Shown: one piece after another, positions 9,499 to 18,841 of the stretch
Layout: the number at the start of each line of letters is the position of its first letter
How positions within the stretch are numbered: position 1 is the stretch's first letter
The notes under the pieces: model-generated
Told to the model about the DNA's origin: nothing
Seen by the model: the letters and a program-made list of their open reading frames with translations, nothing else
The model's database searches: none
Program-made: the position numbers and the translations under genes
Assembly: GCA_007132095.1 (NCBI GenBank)
Contig: SLPH01000015.1
Coordinates: 221 to 64,220 of the forward strand
Length of the DNA stretch: 64,000 nucleotides
Source: Syntrophomonadaceae bacterium
GTDB lineage: Bacteria; Bacillota; Dethiobacteria; DTU022
Reading direction: 5' to 3'

Positions 9499-10431
9499 AT
9501 GGCCGTTAACATGAAGGGCAAAGATATAATTTCCATTCATGATCTCAGCCGGGAAGAAGTAGATCAGATCCTTGGTACCGCTGGAATCCTGAAAATGAAG
9601 CAAAAACTGGGCGAGATATATCATCCTTTAAAGGGGAAAAGCCTCGGTATGATTTTCCAGAAATCGTCAACCCGGACCAGGGTTTCCTTTGAGGTGGGGA
9701 TGTGGCAGCTGGGCGGCTATGCGTTATTTCTCAGCGCCGCCGATTTGCAGCTAAAACGCGGCGAAACTATAGCAGACACGGCCAGGAACCTGAGTCGCTA
9801 TCTGGACGGGATCATGATTCGCACTTACGACCATGAAGATGTGGTCCAGATGGCCAAATACAGCTCGGTTCCGGTAATTAACGGTCTGACTGATCTGCTC
9901 CACCCGTGCCAGGTACTGGCCGACCTTTTTACGATCCTGGAAAAGAAAAGAAAGCTGGAAGGCTTGAAACTGGCCTATATCGGCGATGGCAACAATATGG
10001 CTCATTCGCTTATGTTCGGAGGGGCTAAGGTGGGGATGCATGTGGTGATCTGCGCCCCTTCGGGATTCGAACCTGACCCTGAAATCACCAGGCTTTCCAG
10101 GCTTGATGCTGCCAGGACAGGTTCAACAATCACGATCCAGGATGATCCCAGGGCTGCCGTTGAAACTGCAGACATTATTTATACCGATGTCTGGACCAGC
10201 ATGGGTATGGAAGAGGAATACGAACAGCGTCTGAAAAGCTTTTCACGCTACCAGGTCAATAGCGAACTATTAGAAAAAGCGAAAGAAGATGCCCTCGTTA
10301 TGCACTGCCTGCCTGCTCACCGGGGCGAAGAGATTACCGACGAAGTGATAGAAGGCCATCGCTCCATCGTATTTGACCAGGCTGAAAACCGCCTGCACGT
10401 TCAGAAAGCAATAATGGCGCTGATCATGTAA
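9499..10431 (+). CDS. argF: Ornithine carbamoyltransferase
   Basis: All four OTCase motifs are present: STRTR, HPCQ, DVWTSMG and HCLPAHRGEE. I chose the ATG 9 nt after GGAGG. The stop lies 15 nt before the giant downstream gene. Confidence 0.8.
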   Translation: MAVNMKGKDIISIHDLSREEVDQILGTAGILKMKQKLGEIYHPLKGKSLGMIFQKSSTRTRVSFEVGMWQLGGYALFLSAADLQLKRGETIADTARNLSRYLDGIMIRTYDHEDVVQMAKYSSVPVINGLTDLLHPCQVLADLFTILEKKRKLEGLKLAYIGDGNNMAHSLMFGGAKVGMHVVICAPSGFEPDPEITRLSRLDAARTGSTITIQDDPRAAVETADIIYTDVWTSMGMEEEYEQRLKSFSRYQVNSELLEKAKEDALVMHCLPAHRGEEITDEVIEGHRSIVFDQAENRLHVQKAIMALIM

Positions 10432-10446
10432 TAGTGGGAGGTTTTT

Positions 10447-13400
10447 ATGGGAACTGTAGAACAGGACAGATCGGATCTACCTGCAATAGGGCTTGACATA
10501 GGTGTATTTTCATCAAAGGGAGTACTGATAAAAGACGGGAGAATTGATTATATAACCGTTCCTACAGCCGGGCGCCCGGCTGAGGCTGCCTGGGGCTGTT
10601 TAAGCGCCCTGCTCGGTAAAGAGCTTAGCGGCAAAGCCCGTATTGGTATAATGGGCCAGAACGGAAAACTTGTTGCCGGCATTATCGGGCTGCAGCCGGT
10701 CCTCGAAATAGAAGCATTGCAGACCGGGCTGGAAAGCCTGCAAATCGGGGCTGAGTATGTAATATCGCTTGGCCATGAGAATATGCATTACCTTGAGCTG
10801 GATGAAAAGGGACGGATTAAATTTTTTAACCGTAATGGCCAGTGCGCCGCCGGTAGCGGATCGTTTTGGTACCAGCAGGCGACCCGCATGGGCTATAATG
10901 ATCGCCAGCTCGCTGAAATTGCGGCCGAAGCGGAAACGGCAGTTCCTATTTCCGGGCGCTGCGCTGTTTTCGCCAAGTCGGACATGACTCACGCAATCAA
11001 CGAAGGCGCCACCCAAAGCGCTGTCTCAGCCGGTATGGCTGCCGCCCTGGTGGAAACGGTAATTACCGGGGTGGCTTTAAACAGGATGCAGGGGCCGGCC
11101 ACGCTTGCCCTCAGCGGCGGCGTGGCAAATAATAAAGCGGTGACCAAGTATCTCAGGGCCTTTGCCGAAAAAAATGGGATTAAAGTAATTATTCCAGACA
11201 AACATGAATATATAAACGCTGTTGGAGCCGCATTAAAGGGGACGCCGATTGATTTAGGCACCCTGAACGAGAACGTGCTGAAAACCCCAAAGTTTAAAAC
11301 CGACCAGCCCCTGCCTCCGCTGGATCCGGGGCTGGTCCACTACCTGGAAAATGATCAGGCAAGCCCTGAATTTGATTTAAGCCGGGTTTACCTTGGAGTT
11401 GACTGCGGATCGGTCTCAACCAAGTGCGTTTTGCTCGATCAGCAGGGCGAAAAAATTGGAGGGATTTACCTTCCCACAACCGGCCGTCCCGCCCTGCAGG
11501 TTTTGCAGCTAATTCGTCACGTTGCCGATCGCTATGGGAAAATGCTCGAAGGTTCGCCTATTACGGTCTGCACTACCGGTTCAGGCCGCTTTCTGTCCCA
11601 AAAGATTCTGAACGCCGAGTATGCTGTTGATGAAATAACCTGCCAGGCCGAAGGATTGAAATACCTCTTTCCTGATGAACAGGCCCTGGCAATTATTGAA
11701 ATCGGCGGAGAAGATTCAAAGTTTGTCCAACTTAAGGAAGGTATTTTATACGACTACAACATGAACCCGGTTTGCGCGGCCGGAACGGGAACGTTTTTGG
11801 AAAACCTGGCCGAACTGCTTGGCGTCAAGATCGACGGCGAGTTCTCCCAGAAGGCCTTTCAGGCAGAGTATGCGGTAGACCTCGGCGATATCTGCACACT
11901 TATATCCCAATCGATCCTGGCTTCCGCATCAGCCAGGGGCCTGCCGCTGAACGAACAGCTGGCCAGCCTTGCTTATTCATCGGCCCAAAACTATCTCAGT
12001 AAAACAGTTGATAAGCGGCCCCTGGAAGGAAAGATTGTTTTTGCCGGGGCTACGGCAAAAAACAGCGCCCTTGCTGCAGCTTTGGCTACGATCTGCGAAA
12101 ATGAGATCACCGTGTCTGCCGAACCGGAACTGACAGGAGCGCTGGGTTGTGCCCTGATGGCCAGGCAGCTATACCGGAAAGGGAAAAAAGGATTATACTC
12201 ATTCCGCAACCTTTCTGATATAAGGAAGTTTACCACCGATAAGCGGCCCTGCAAGGCCGATTGCATTCATGAACATAACTGTATTCTTAACATAATAACT
12301 TTTGCTGACGGAAACAGATTCATTTACGGCGATCGCTGCGGACGTTTTTCGGGCCTGGAAAGACGCAGCGACCATTACGAGCTGCCGGATTACTGCGCTG
12401 AACGCAATGGACTCCTGGCCGGATATGAAAATGAAAAGAAAGAGACGGGTCCGCTGGTCTGCATGGCCCGCAGCGGTCTCTACTATGAATACTTTCCTTT
12501 CTGGTCGGCTTTTTTCAACAAGCTGGGCTGCAGGGTCTCCCTTTCAAAGTATTCTACCGCCGAAACCCTGGAAAAAGGCAAGGTCAGCCTTGATTCAGAG
12601 ATGTGTTACCCTATGAAGGTTATAGTCGGCCATTATGCAGAGCTGCTTGAGGGCGACTGCGATTATATTTTTATACCCGAAGTTGTGGATATGGAAGCCC
12701 TGCCCTGGACCGATCTTTGGCCTCGCTCCTTTGTCTGTCCGCTGCTGCAAACCCTGCGCGGAACAGTGGTCAACTCCCTGGATATTGATGAAAATAGAAT
12801 TCTCTATGCCCAGTTAAATTACCGGGCCGGCCCCAGGGTGATCCGGGATCAGCTTAAGCCCCTTGCATTCGAAATACTTGGTCCCGATTACAGCGAAGCC
12901 AGATTTGAACAGGCCCTGGATAGCGCTTACAGCGCCTTAAATGAATTCCGCGGCGAGCTTGTCGTAGCCGCTGAAAGAGCCCTGGAAAGCCTGGCCGGCA
13001 ATACCGATAACGGAGCTGTTGTCTTCCTGGGGAGAAGCTATACGCTTTACGACGACTACATAGCCAAGAAATCGATGCACTATGCCAGGGAAAGCGGGCT
13101 CTTTTCGCTGCCCCACGAATATCTCTTTTACTATATGTCGGCCTGGATGAAAGGGGAAATTAAATCGGCCTTTCTTGATCGCTACAGGCAGGAATTTAAA
13201 GATTACCTTGAACGGCATATCGAGATCATGGAAAATATCTACCCGGCCCAGCTGCAAAGAATGCTTTCTGTGGTCCTGCTGGTTAACTTTCTTAACCTGA
13301 AAAACGGCGAAACCGGTTTACCCCGCCTCAACCTGATCTTTCTCGATCCGTTCAAATGCGGGCCTAATGCCATGATGCGCCACTACTTAAGCGGCCTTTG

Positions 13401-14790
13401 CAGCTACCTCCGCTTAACGATAGACGAGCATACTGCCGCCGCCGGGATGATAACCCGGCTTGAGGCTTTCAAAAATACCTGTCTCTCTAACACCAGCGTC
13501 AGGCAGATAGAGATGCATTCATCGAAAACATGCTCGGTTACCGATGAAAACTGGAACAAGATCCTGATCCCTGAGCCGACCAGGCACGCTGCTATATTTG
13601 CTGCGCTGTTCAGGAGCGCCGGCGTTGAGGCGGAGGTTATTCCCCGCAGCAAAACCGGCGACCTTTCTTTAGCCCGAAAATATGTAAACGGCGAGGAATG
13701 TCTTCCATTCCTGCAAAACCTGCAGGATTTCCTGGCGTACCTGAAAAGCGAGGTTGTAAGCGAAGAGAGCAGGCCGGTTTTCTTCCAGGGATGGGCCTGC
13801 GGCCCCTGTCGGTACGGTCTATATGCACCCACCCAGGCTTTGGCCATTAACAGGGCGGGATTTGGCGAGATGAGGGTCTGTGCGATTAAGTTTAGCGACG
13901 TTGCAAAGAGGTTTGGATATGGGTTTGTCCTCGGCTTTTACAGCGCGGTTTTAACGATGGATATTCTCTATAAACTGCTGCATCGCGTCCGGCCTTATGA
14001 AACGAAAAAAGGCGAAGCAGACCAGGTTTTTGAGCGATATACCAACAGGCTTATCGAAGAGGCGGAAAAATTCCGCTTCCGGTTAGCGGCTTTCCCGGGA
14101 GGCCGCTACAGGAAACCTTTTGAGACGCTTATTGGTGAAGCGGCAGAAGAATTCGCCAGGATCGAGCGAAAAAGCGGAGTCAAGCCGAGGATTCTCTTAA
14201 ACGGCGAATTCTACGTGCGCCTCGACGATCGTTGTAACCAATCTGTGATCGATAAAATTGAGGCAGCGGGAGGAGAAGTCTCACTGGCCCCTGCGACCGA
14301 GTTATTCGCCTACACTATACACATTGATTACCTTGAAGCCATCCATTCGTTCAGGATCAACCGCAGGCCGGGCGATTATTTCAAGCGCATTTTCTATAAG
14401 CAGCTGATCAAGGTTGCCCATCGCGATGAAGCCGCTTTACACAAAGCTGCAGGACCTTTGCTGAGGGGACTTGAAGAACCTTCACCCGAAGAGATCATGC
14501 AGAGAGCGCAAAAATATGTATCGCCCCACTATGGCGGTGAACCGCCGATGACCATAGGCAGGGCAGCTGCTTTTGCCAGGAGGGGGAAGGCTGCAGGAGC
14601 AATTTTTGTCGCCCCCTTTACCTGCATGCCGGCCTCTGTCGTTGAAGCCCAGCAGGGAAGCCTCCAGGAGGAGCTCGGTATACCTATGGTAACAGTTTAT
14701 TACGATGGTAAAGAGAACAGCAACCGTGACGAGCTGGTCGAAGGGCTGGTTTTCCAGGCCCGTCAGCGTATCGGGGCCGGAAAAGCTTAA
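10447..14790 (+). CDS. Giant fusion of two BadF/BadG/BcrA/BcrD-type (HgdC-like) acyl-CoA dehydratase activase ATPase domains with a long C-terminal region I think matches DUF2229 (distantly HgdA/B-like)
   Basis: 1447 aa. The N-terminal ~600 aa hold two actin-fold ATPase repeats (IGLDIGVFSSKG..., VYLGVDCGSVSTKC...). The remaining ~850 aa carry Cys motifs CPLLQTLRG, FKCGPNAMMRHY, GWACGPCRYG and FTCMPASVV. The name DUF2229 is from memory and unverified. Confidence 0.7.
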   Translation: MGTVEQDRSDLPAIGLDIGVFSSKGVLIKDGRIDYITVPTAGRPAEAAWGCLSALLGKELSGKARIGIMGQNGKLVAGIIGLQPVLEIEALQTGLESLQIGAEYVISLGHENMHYLELDEKGRIKFFNRNGQCAAGSGSFWYQQATRMGYNDRQLAEIAAEAETAVPISGRCAVFAKSDMTHAINEGATQSAVSAGMAAALVETVITGVALNRMQGPATLALSGGVANNKAVTKYLRAFAEKNGIKVIIPDKHEYINAVGAALKGTPIDLGTLNENVLKTPKFKTDQPLPPLDPGLVHYLENDQASPEFDLSRVYLGVDCGSVSTKCVLLDQQGEKIGGIYLPTTGRPALQVLQLIRHVADRYGKMLEGSPITVCTTGSGRFLSQKILNAEYAVDEITCQAEGLKYLFPDEQALAIIEIGGEDSKFVQLKEGILYDYNMNPVCAAGTGTFLENLAELLGVKIDGEFSQKAFQAEYAVDLGDICTLISQSILASASARGLPLNEQLASLAYSSAQNYLSKTVDKRPLEGKIVFAGATAKNSALAAALATICENEITVSAEPELTGALGCALMARQLYRKGKKGLYSFRNLSDIRKFTTDKRPCKADCIHEHNCILNIITFADGNRFIYGDRCGRFSGLERRSDHYELPDYCAERNGLLAGYENEKKETGPLVCMARSGLYYEYFPFWSAFFNKLGCRVSLSKYSTAETLEKGKVSLDSEMCYPMKVIVGHYAELLEGDCDYIFIPEVVDMEALPWTDLWPRSFVCPLLQTLRGTVVNSLDIDENRILYAQLNYRAGPRVIRDQLKPLAFEILGPDYSEARFEQALDSAYSALNEFRGELVVAAERALESLAGNTDNGAVVFLGRSYTLYDDYIAKKSMHYARESGLFSLPHEYLFYYMSAWMKGEIKSAFLDRYRQEFKDYLERHIEIMENIYPAQLQRMLSVVLLVNFLNLKNGETGLPRLNLIFLDPFKCGPNAMMRHYLSGLCSYLRLTIDEHTAAAGMITRLEAFKNTCLSNTSVRQIEMHSSKTCSVTDENWNKILIPEPTRHAAIFAALFRSAGVEAEVIPRSKTGDLSLARKYVNGEECLPFLQNLQDFLAYLKSEVVSEESRPVFFQGWACGPCRYGLYAPTQALAINRAGFGEMRVCAIKFSDVAKRFGYGFVLGFYSAVLTMDILYKLLHRVRPYETKKGEADQVFERYTNRLIEEAEKFRFRLAAFPGGRYRKPFETLIGEAAEEFARIERKSGVKPRILLNGEFYVRLDDRCNQSVIDKIEAAGGEVSLAPATELFAYTIHIDYLEAIHSFRINRRPGDYFKRIFYKQLIKVAHRDEAALHKAAGPLLRGLEEPSPEEIMQRAQKYVSPHYGGEPPMTIGRAAAFARRGKAAGAIFVAPFTCMPASVVEAQQGSLQEELGIPMVTVYYDGKENSNRDELVEGLVFQARQRIGAGKA

Positions 14791-14835
14791 AATAAGTCTC
14801 CTGACTGCTAATTTCCCAGGATCCGGGTGGGCGGA

Positions 14836-15186
14836 TTATTCCTGCTGATCGAACTCGAGGTGGACGATTTCAGACGCCTTCAGCTTCAGGGTTTTCCCGC
14901 GATCGGTGCGGATAGTGATTTGGCCTGTTGCCGGATCGCAGCGCAGCGGCAGACCCCGGTAACAGCAGCGGCTGTAGCTGTCCATGGTATCTATTTTGAG
15001 AGACTGCCCGGTTTGCAGGGCCTGTTCAAGCAGGCGCTGCATTTCTTCGCGCCGCTGTTCGTCGAGCTGCGGCCTGCGCAGCTCTTCTTCGCGGATCAGT
15101 TCTTCACAGTGCCGCTCGAGGTTGGTGCGGTGTTCGGGCAGCATCATTTTGCTGCAGGAAAACTGCTGGTCTATCTTTCTGATCAT
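14836..15186 (-). CDS. yolD: YolD-like protein (accessory partner of Y-family polymerases)
   Basis: 116-aa ORF that overlaps the stop of the upstream Y-family polymerase gene by 4 nt. This is the classic Bacillus uvrX-yolD / yqjW-yqzH arrangement. Confidence 0.7.
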   Translation of the reverse strand: MIRKIDQQFSCSKMMLPEHRTNLERHCEELIREEELRRPQLDEQRREEMQRLLEQALQTGQSLKIDTMDSYSRCCYRGLPLRCDPATGQITIRTDRGKTLKLKASEIVHLEFDQQE

Positions 15187-16415
15187 GCATCGTGGCCTCC
15201 AATCTTGCCTGCACGCTGAAAAAGCTGGCTTCCGGGAGCCAGCGAAGAGGCCCGGAAAAGACTTGTTTTGCCGAACCGTTCGCGCACAACGTCGGCGGCG
15301 CCGGTCAGGGCCTCTTCGCGCCTGGCGCGATCGGAGAAGGCGAAGCTTAGCTGGTGGAAAACGCTCAGGCCGGTCAGGCTGATTCCCACCGCTCTCAATG
15401 GCCGGGCATCCCAGTGTTCCCGAAAAAGCTGCTGCACCGTCGGGTAAACGGCGAGGGCGGCTGCGGCCGGCCGGGGAAGCTTTTTCTGGCGCGAAAACCC
15501 GGTGGGGAAGTCGAAGTCGGCTCCCCGGCAGTAGAGGTGGACCGTGGAGGCGATCTTTCCCTGCTTGCGGACCCTGTAACAGACCTCTTCGGTCATCTCC
15601 AGCAGAACGAGCTCTATCTCTTCCCGGCGCCGGTAATCGCGCGGCAGGGTTGCCGTATGGCCCACGCCTTTCTGCTCTTCAGCTGCGCCTGGGTTGATCG
15701 TGGAGTAATCGATGCCGCGGGCATTGAGCCAGAGTACTTCTCCGCTGACTCCCCAGCGGCGGCGCATCATCTCGCGGGGCAGGCCGGCGAGATGACCGAT
15801 AGTTCTTACGCCGATGCGGTGAAAATTGCGCCGCATCCGGTGCCCTACACCGAATAGATCTTCGATTGGCAGGGGCCAGACCAGCCCGGAATAGGTTTCA
15901 CTGTTCAGCGAGAAGAAACCGTTTTTGTTTTTTTTGGCAAAGCGATCGCAGGCCATCTTGGCCTGAAGGGGATTTTCGCCCATCCCAATCCGGCAGCGGA
16001 TGCCGGTTTGAACCATAATTTCTGCGATCATAGCCGCTGCCGCCTCCCGGGGAGGTCCGAGCAGTTTTTCGGAACCGGTCAGATCGAGAAACTGTTCGTC
16101 GATTGAATACGGCAGGACGCGATCGCTGTATTTCTCCAGGATGGAGGTTATCTTCAGGGAATAATCAATATAGGCCTGCATGCGCGGGTGGACAAAATGG
16201 ACCCAGGGGCACATCCGTTTTGCCTCCCAGGCCGGCTGCCCCGTTTTGATCCCGAAAGCTTTCGCCTCGCGGCTGGCGGCAAGGATAATCCCGTGCCGCA
16301 GGGCCGGATCGCCGCAGACAGCAACGGGTTTGCCGCGCAGGGCCGGGTTAAGAGAAGTTTCGACGCTGGCGTAAAAAGATTCCATATCAGCCAGCAGAAT
16401 AGTTTTTTTATCCAT
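15183..16415 (-). CDS. Y-family DNA polymerase (DinB / UvrX-like translesion polymerase)
   Basis: N-terminus ILLADMESFYASVE carries the Y-family catalytic DxD/E context. About 410 aa. A Cheo-type LexA box lies upstream. I chose the start MDKKTIL, 7 nt after AGGTGA. Confidence 0.8.
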   Translation of the reverse strand: MDKKTILLADMESFYASVETSLNPALRGKPVAVCGDPALRHGIILAASREAKAFGIKTGQPAWEAKRMCPWVHFVHPRMQAYIDYSLKITSILEKYSDRVLPYSIDEQFLDLTGSEKLLGPPREAAAAMIAEIMVQTGIRCRIGMGENPLQAKMACDRFAKKNKNGFFSLNSETYSGLVWPLPIEDLFGVGHRMRRNFHRIGVRTIGHLAGLPREMMRRRWGVSGEVLWLNARGIDYSTINPGAAEEQKGVGHTATLPRDYRRREEIELVLLEMTEEVCYRVRKQGKIASTVHLYCRGADFDFPTGFSRQKKLPRPAAAALAVYPTVQQLFREHWDARPLRAVGISLTGLSVFHQLSFAFSDRARREEALTGAADVVRERFGKTSLFRASSLAPGSQLFQRAGKIGGHDA

Positions 16416-16435
16416 GGTGCCGATCACCTGCCATA

Positions 16436-16449
16436 CGAACTGATGTTTG
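16436..16449. promoter_or_regulatory. Cheo-type LexA (SOS) box upstream of the polY-yolD operon
   Basis: cgaactgatgtttg matches the Firmicutes consensus CGAAC-N4-GTTCG with one mismatch. It lies 21 nt upstream of the polymerase start. Confidence 0.45.
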
Positions 16450-16575
16450 CCAGACCATTATACGCCGCCCGGGCAGAAAAGTAAAGGGCCAAATTGCAGC
16501 GGTAAAAAGGAGGCCCTGACAGGATTCGACGGGGTGGTGTAGAATAGGTTTAGCATTTAAAGGAGGAAGCTGAAG

Positions 16576-17763
16576 ATGCAGAAACCGTTATCCGGAATTA
16601 AAGTAGTCGATCTTAGCCGTTTTATTGCCGGCCCTTACTGCACCATGAAACTGGGGGACATGGGGGCAGAGGTGATCAAAATTGAAACACCCGGTAAAGG
16701 CGACGACTCGCGCGCCCTTGGCCCCCCGTTCATCAATGGCGAGTCGGCCTACTACCTTTCGTTTAACCGCAACAAGAAAAGCCTTACCCTGAACTTACGT
16801 GAAGCTGAAGCAAAAGAAATCCTGATTAAACTGATCCGGGAAGCCGATATCCTGGTAGAAAATTTCCGGATCGGGGTTACGGCCAAAATGGGCCTGACTT
16901 ATGAAGACGTTAAGAAAATAAAAGAGGATATCATTTACTGTTCTATTACCGGGTACGGTCATAACAGCCCTTACCGGGAAAAGCCAAGTTTTGATGTAAT
17001 GATCCAGGGTGAAGCGGGGCTGATGAGTATTACCGGGTTTCCCGATGGTCCGCCGCAAAGGGTGGGCATAGCCATTGCCGATATAATGGGCGGATTCCAC
17101 GCTGTCGAAGGCATCCTGCTGGCCCTGCTCGTTCATGGCAGAACCGGAAAGGGCCAGTTTGTCGATGTTTCGCTGATGGATTCAATCATCGCTATTCTAA
17201 CTTACCAGGCCGGGCACTTTCTGGCCACAGGCGAAGCCCCGGAGCGTGTCGGCAACCGTCACCCCATGATAACCCCTTACGAAAGCTTTGAAACCGCTGA
17301 CGGCTACGTTATTTTTGCCGTCGGAAACCAGCGCCTCTGGGAGAGTTTTATCTCCAGGCTGGGCCGGGAAGACCTGGGCCTGGATTCGCGTTTTGCCGAC
17401 ATGCAGGGAAGAAACAGCCATCCGGCGGATTTGAAAGAAATCCTCGAAGATATCACCCGTCAGAAGACTACGGAAGAATGGGTAGAGATCATGGAAGGGG
17501 CCGGTGTGCCCTGCGGCAGGATTCGCACCCTGGACCAGGTGCTAACCGATCCCCATGTCGATGCCAGGGAGATGGTGCTTGAGAAAGAACATCCCCTGGC
17601 CGGAAAGATCAAACTGACGGGAGTACCGACCAAACTCTCCCTGACGCCGGGAGAAGTTATGGCTGCGCCGCCAACCCTGGGCCAGCATAATGAGGAGATC
17701 CTGCTGAAGCTTGGTTACGAGAAAAAGGAGATCGCCAGGCTGACTGAAGGAAGCATTATTTAA
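16576..17763 (+). CDS. Family III CoA-transferase (CaiB/BaiF / alpha-methylacyl-CoA racemase superfamily)
   Basis: N-terminus LSGIKVVDLSRFIAGPYCTMKLGDMGAEVIKIE is diagnostic of the CaiB/BaiF family. Confidence 0.8.
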   Translation: MQKPLSGIKVVDLSRFIAGPYCTMKLGDMGAEVIKIETPGKGDDSRALGPPFINGESAYYLSFNRNKKSLTLNLREAEAKEILIKLIREADILVENFRIGVTAKMGLTYEDVKKIKEDIIYCSITGYGHNSPYREKPSFDVMIQGEAGLMSITGFPDGPPQRVGIAIADIMGGFHAVEGILLALLVHGRTGKGQFVDVSLMDSIIAILTYQAGHFLATGEAPERVGNRHPMITPYESFETADGYVIFAVGNQRLWESFISRLGREDLGLDSRFADMQGRNSHPADLKEILEDITRQKTTEEWVEIMEGAGVPCGRIRTLDQVLTDPHVDAREMVLEKEHPLAGKIKLTGVPTKLSLTPGEVMAAPPTLGQHNEEILLKLGYEKKEIARLTEGSII

Positions 17764-17839
17764 GCGTTTTAAGCCTGCTGCTTACAAATAATGAACCTGC
17801 CGCTTAAATGCGCCAACGGCAGGAAAAGGGGTTATTCGG

Positions 17840-18793
17840 GTGAGAATTGTCGCAGCGCTGGGCGGAAATGCGCTTTTAAAGTCTGGCCAGAAAGGAACGG
17901 CCGAAGAGCAATACGCCAACATTGAAACGGCCTGCCGGCAGCTGGTCCGGATTGCAGCTGAACATGAACTGGTTATTACCCACGGCAACGGGCCCCAGGT
18001 AGGAAGAATCAATTTGCAAAATGAAGCGGCCCGGGAAGAAACCCCCACGCTGCCGCTTGATATTTGCGGAGCTATGTCGCAGGGTCAGATCGGTTACATG
18101 CTCCAGCAGGGGCTCAGCAAAGAGCTGTCCAGGCAGGGCCTGGAACTGGATCCGGTTACGGTTGTGACCAGGATTCTGGTTTGCAAAGATGACCCAACCC
18201 TGGTCAGCCCCGGCAAGCCGATCGGATCCTATTTCAGCCGGAAAGAGGCGGAAGCCCGGGCCAGGGACCTGGGGGAAAAATGGATTGAAGATAAAACCAG
18301 GGGCGGCTGGCGCAAAGTGGTGGCATCGCCCAGGCCGGTATGGATTGTTGAAGAAAGGGCGATCAAGACCCTGCTCGAAAACCGGTTCCTCGTGATTGCC
18401 CTGGGCGGGGGAGGAATTCCAGTGCTGGGAAGCGAACAGGGAGGTTACCAGGGCGTTGAAGCGGTAGTAGACAAAGATCTGGCCGGGGGTATCCTTGCCG
18501 ATGCGGTGGGAGCGACCATCTTTCTCATTCTCACCGATGTGCCCGCAGTCTATCTTGATTACGGTAAGCCGACGCAGCGCCCCTTAGGAACAGTCAGCCT
18601 GGACGAGATGGTCAGCTATTCCAGGGAAGGTCACTTTGCAGCCGGAAGCATGGGACCCAAGGTTGAAGCGGCTGTTAAGTTTGCCCGCGAAAGAGGGCAT
18701 AAAACGATAATTACTTCGCTGGAACTGGCCCTGGAAGCGATTGAAGGCAGGGCCGGAACCTGCCTGGCAGCAAGCGGCTGCGGCGAGGCATAA
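17840..18793 (+). CDS. arcC: Carbamate kinase (YqeA/ArcC-like)
   Basis: MRIVAALGGNALL ... VITHGNGPQVG is canonical for carbamate kinase. 317 aa. It sits directly upstream of YqeB/YqeC, as in yqeA-yqeB-yqeC loci. Confidence 0.8.
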   Translation: MRIVAALGGNALLKSGQKGTAEEQYANIETACRQLVRIAAEHELVITHGNGPQVGRINLQNEAAREETPTLPLDICGAMSQGQIGYMLQQGLSKELSRQGLELDPVTVVTRILVCKDDPTLVSPGKPIGSYFSRKEAEARARDLGEKWIEDKTRGGWRKVVASPRPVWIVEERAIKTLLENRFLVIALGGGGIPVLGSEQGGYQGVEAVVDKDLAGGILADAVGATIFLILTDVPAVYLDYGKPTQRPLGTVSLDEMVSYSREGHFAAGSMGPKVEAAVKFARERGHKTIITSLELALEAIEGRAGTCLAASGCGEA

Positions 18794-18841
18794 GGAATAT
18801 TTACAAGTAAGATGACATGAAGAAGCTGAAAGGAGCAGGCC

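Noticed and set aside
9490-10431. Carbamoyltransferase as a YgeW-type (selenium-locus) enzyme
   Set aside because: It has the full ornithine-binding motif set (DxxxSMG, HCLP). It is also 7 kb away from the YqeB/YqeC cassette and on a different operon.
10600-13847. Multiple 60-150-aa antisense or alternate-frame ORFs inside the 1447-aa gene
   Set aside because: They are embedded in a long, continuous, domain-bearing ORF and have Ala/Arg/Pro-rich translations typical of GC-rich antisense frames.
14827-15382. Two plus-strand ORFs (130 and 132 aa) overlapping yolD and polY
   Set aside because: They are antisense shadows of well-supported minus-strand genes. Their translations are Arg/Ser-rich with no recognisable domain.
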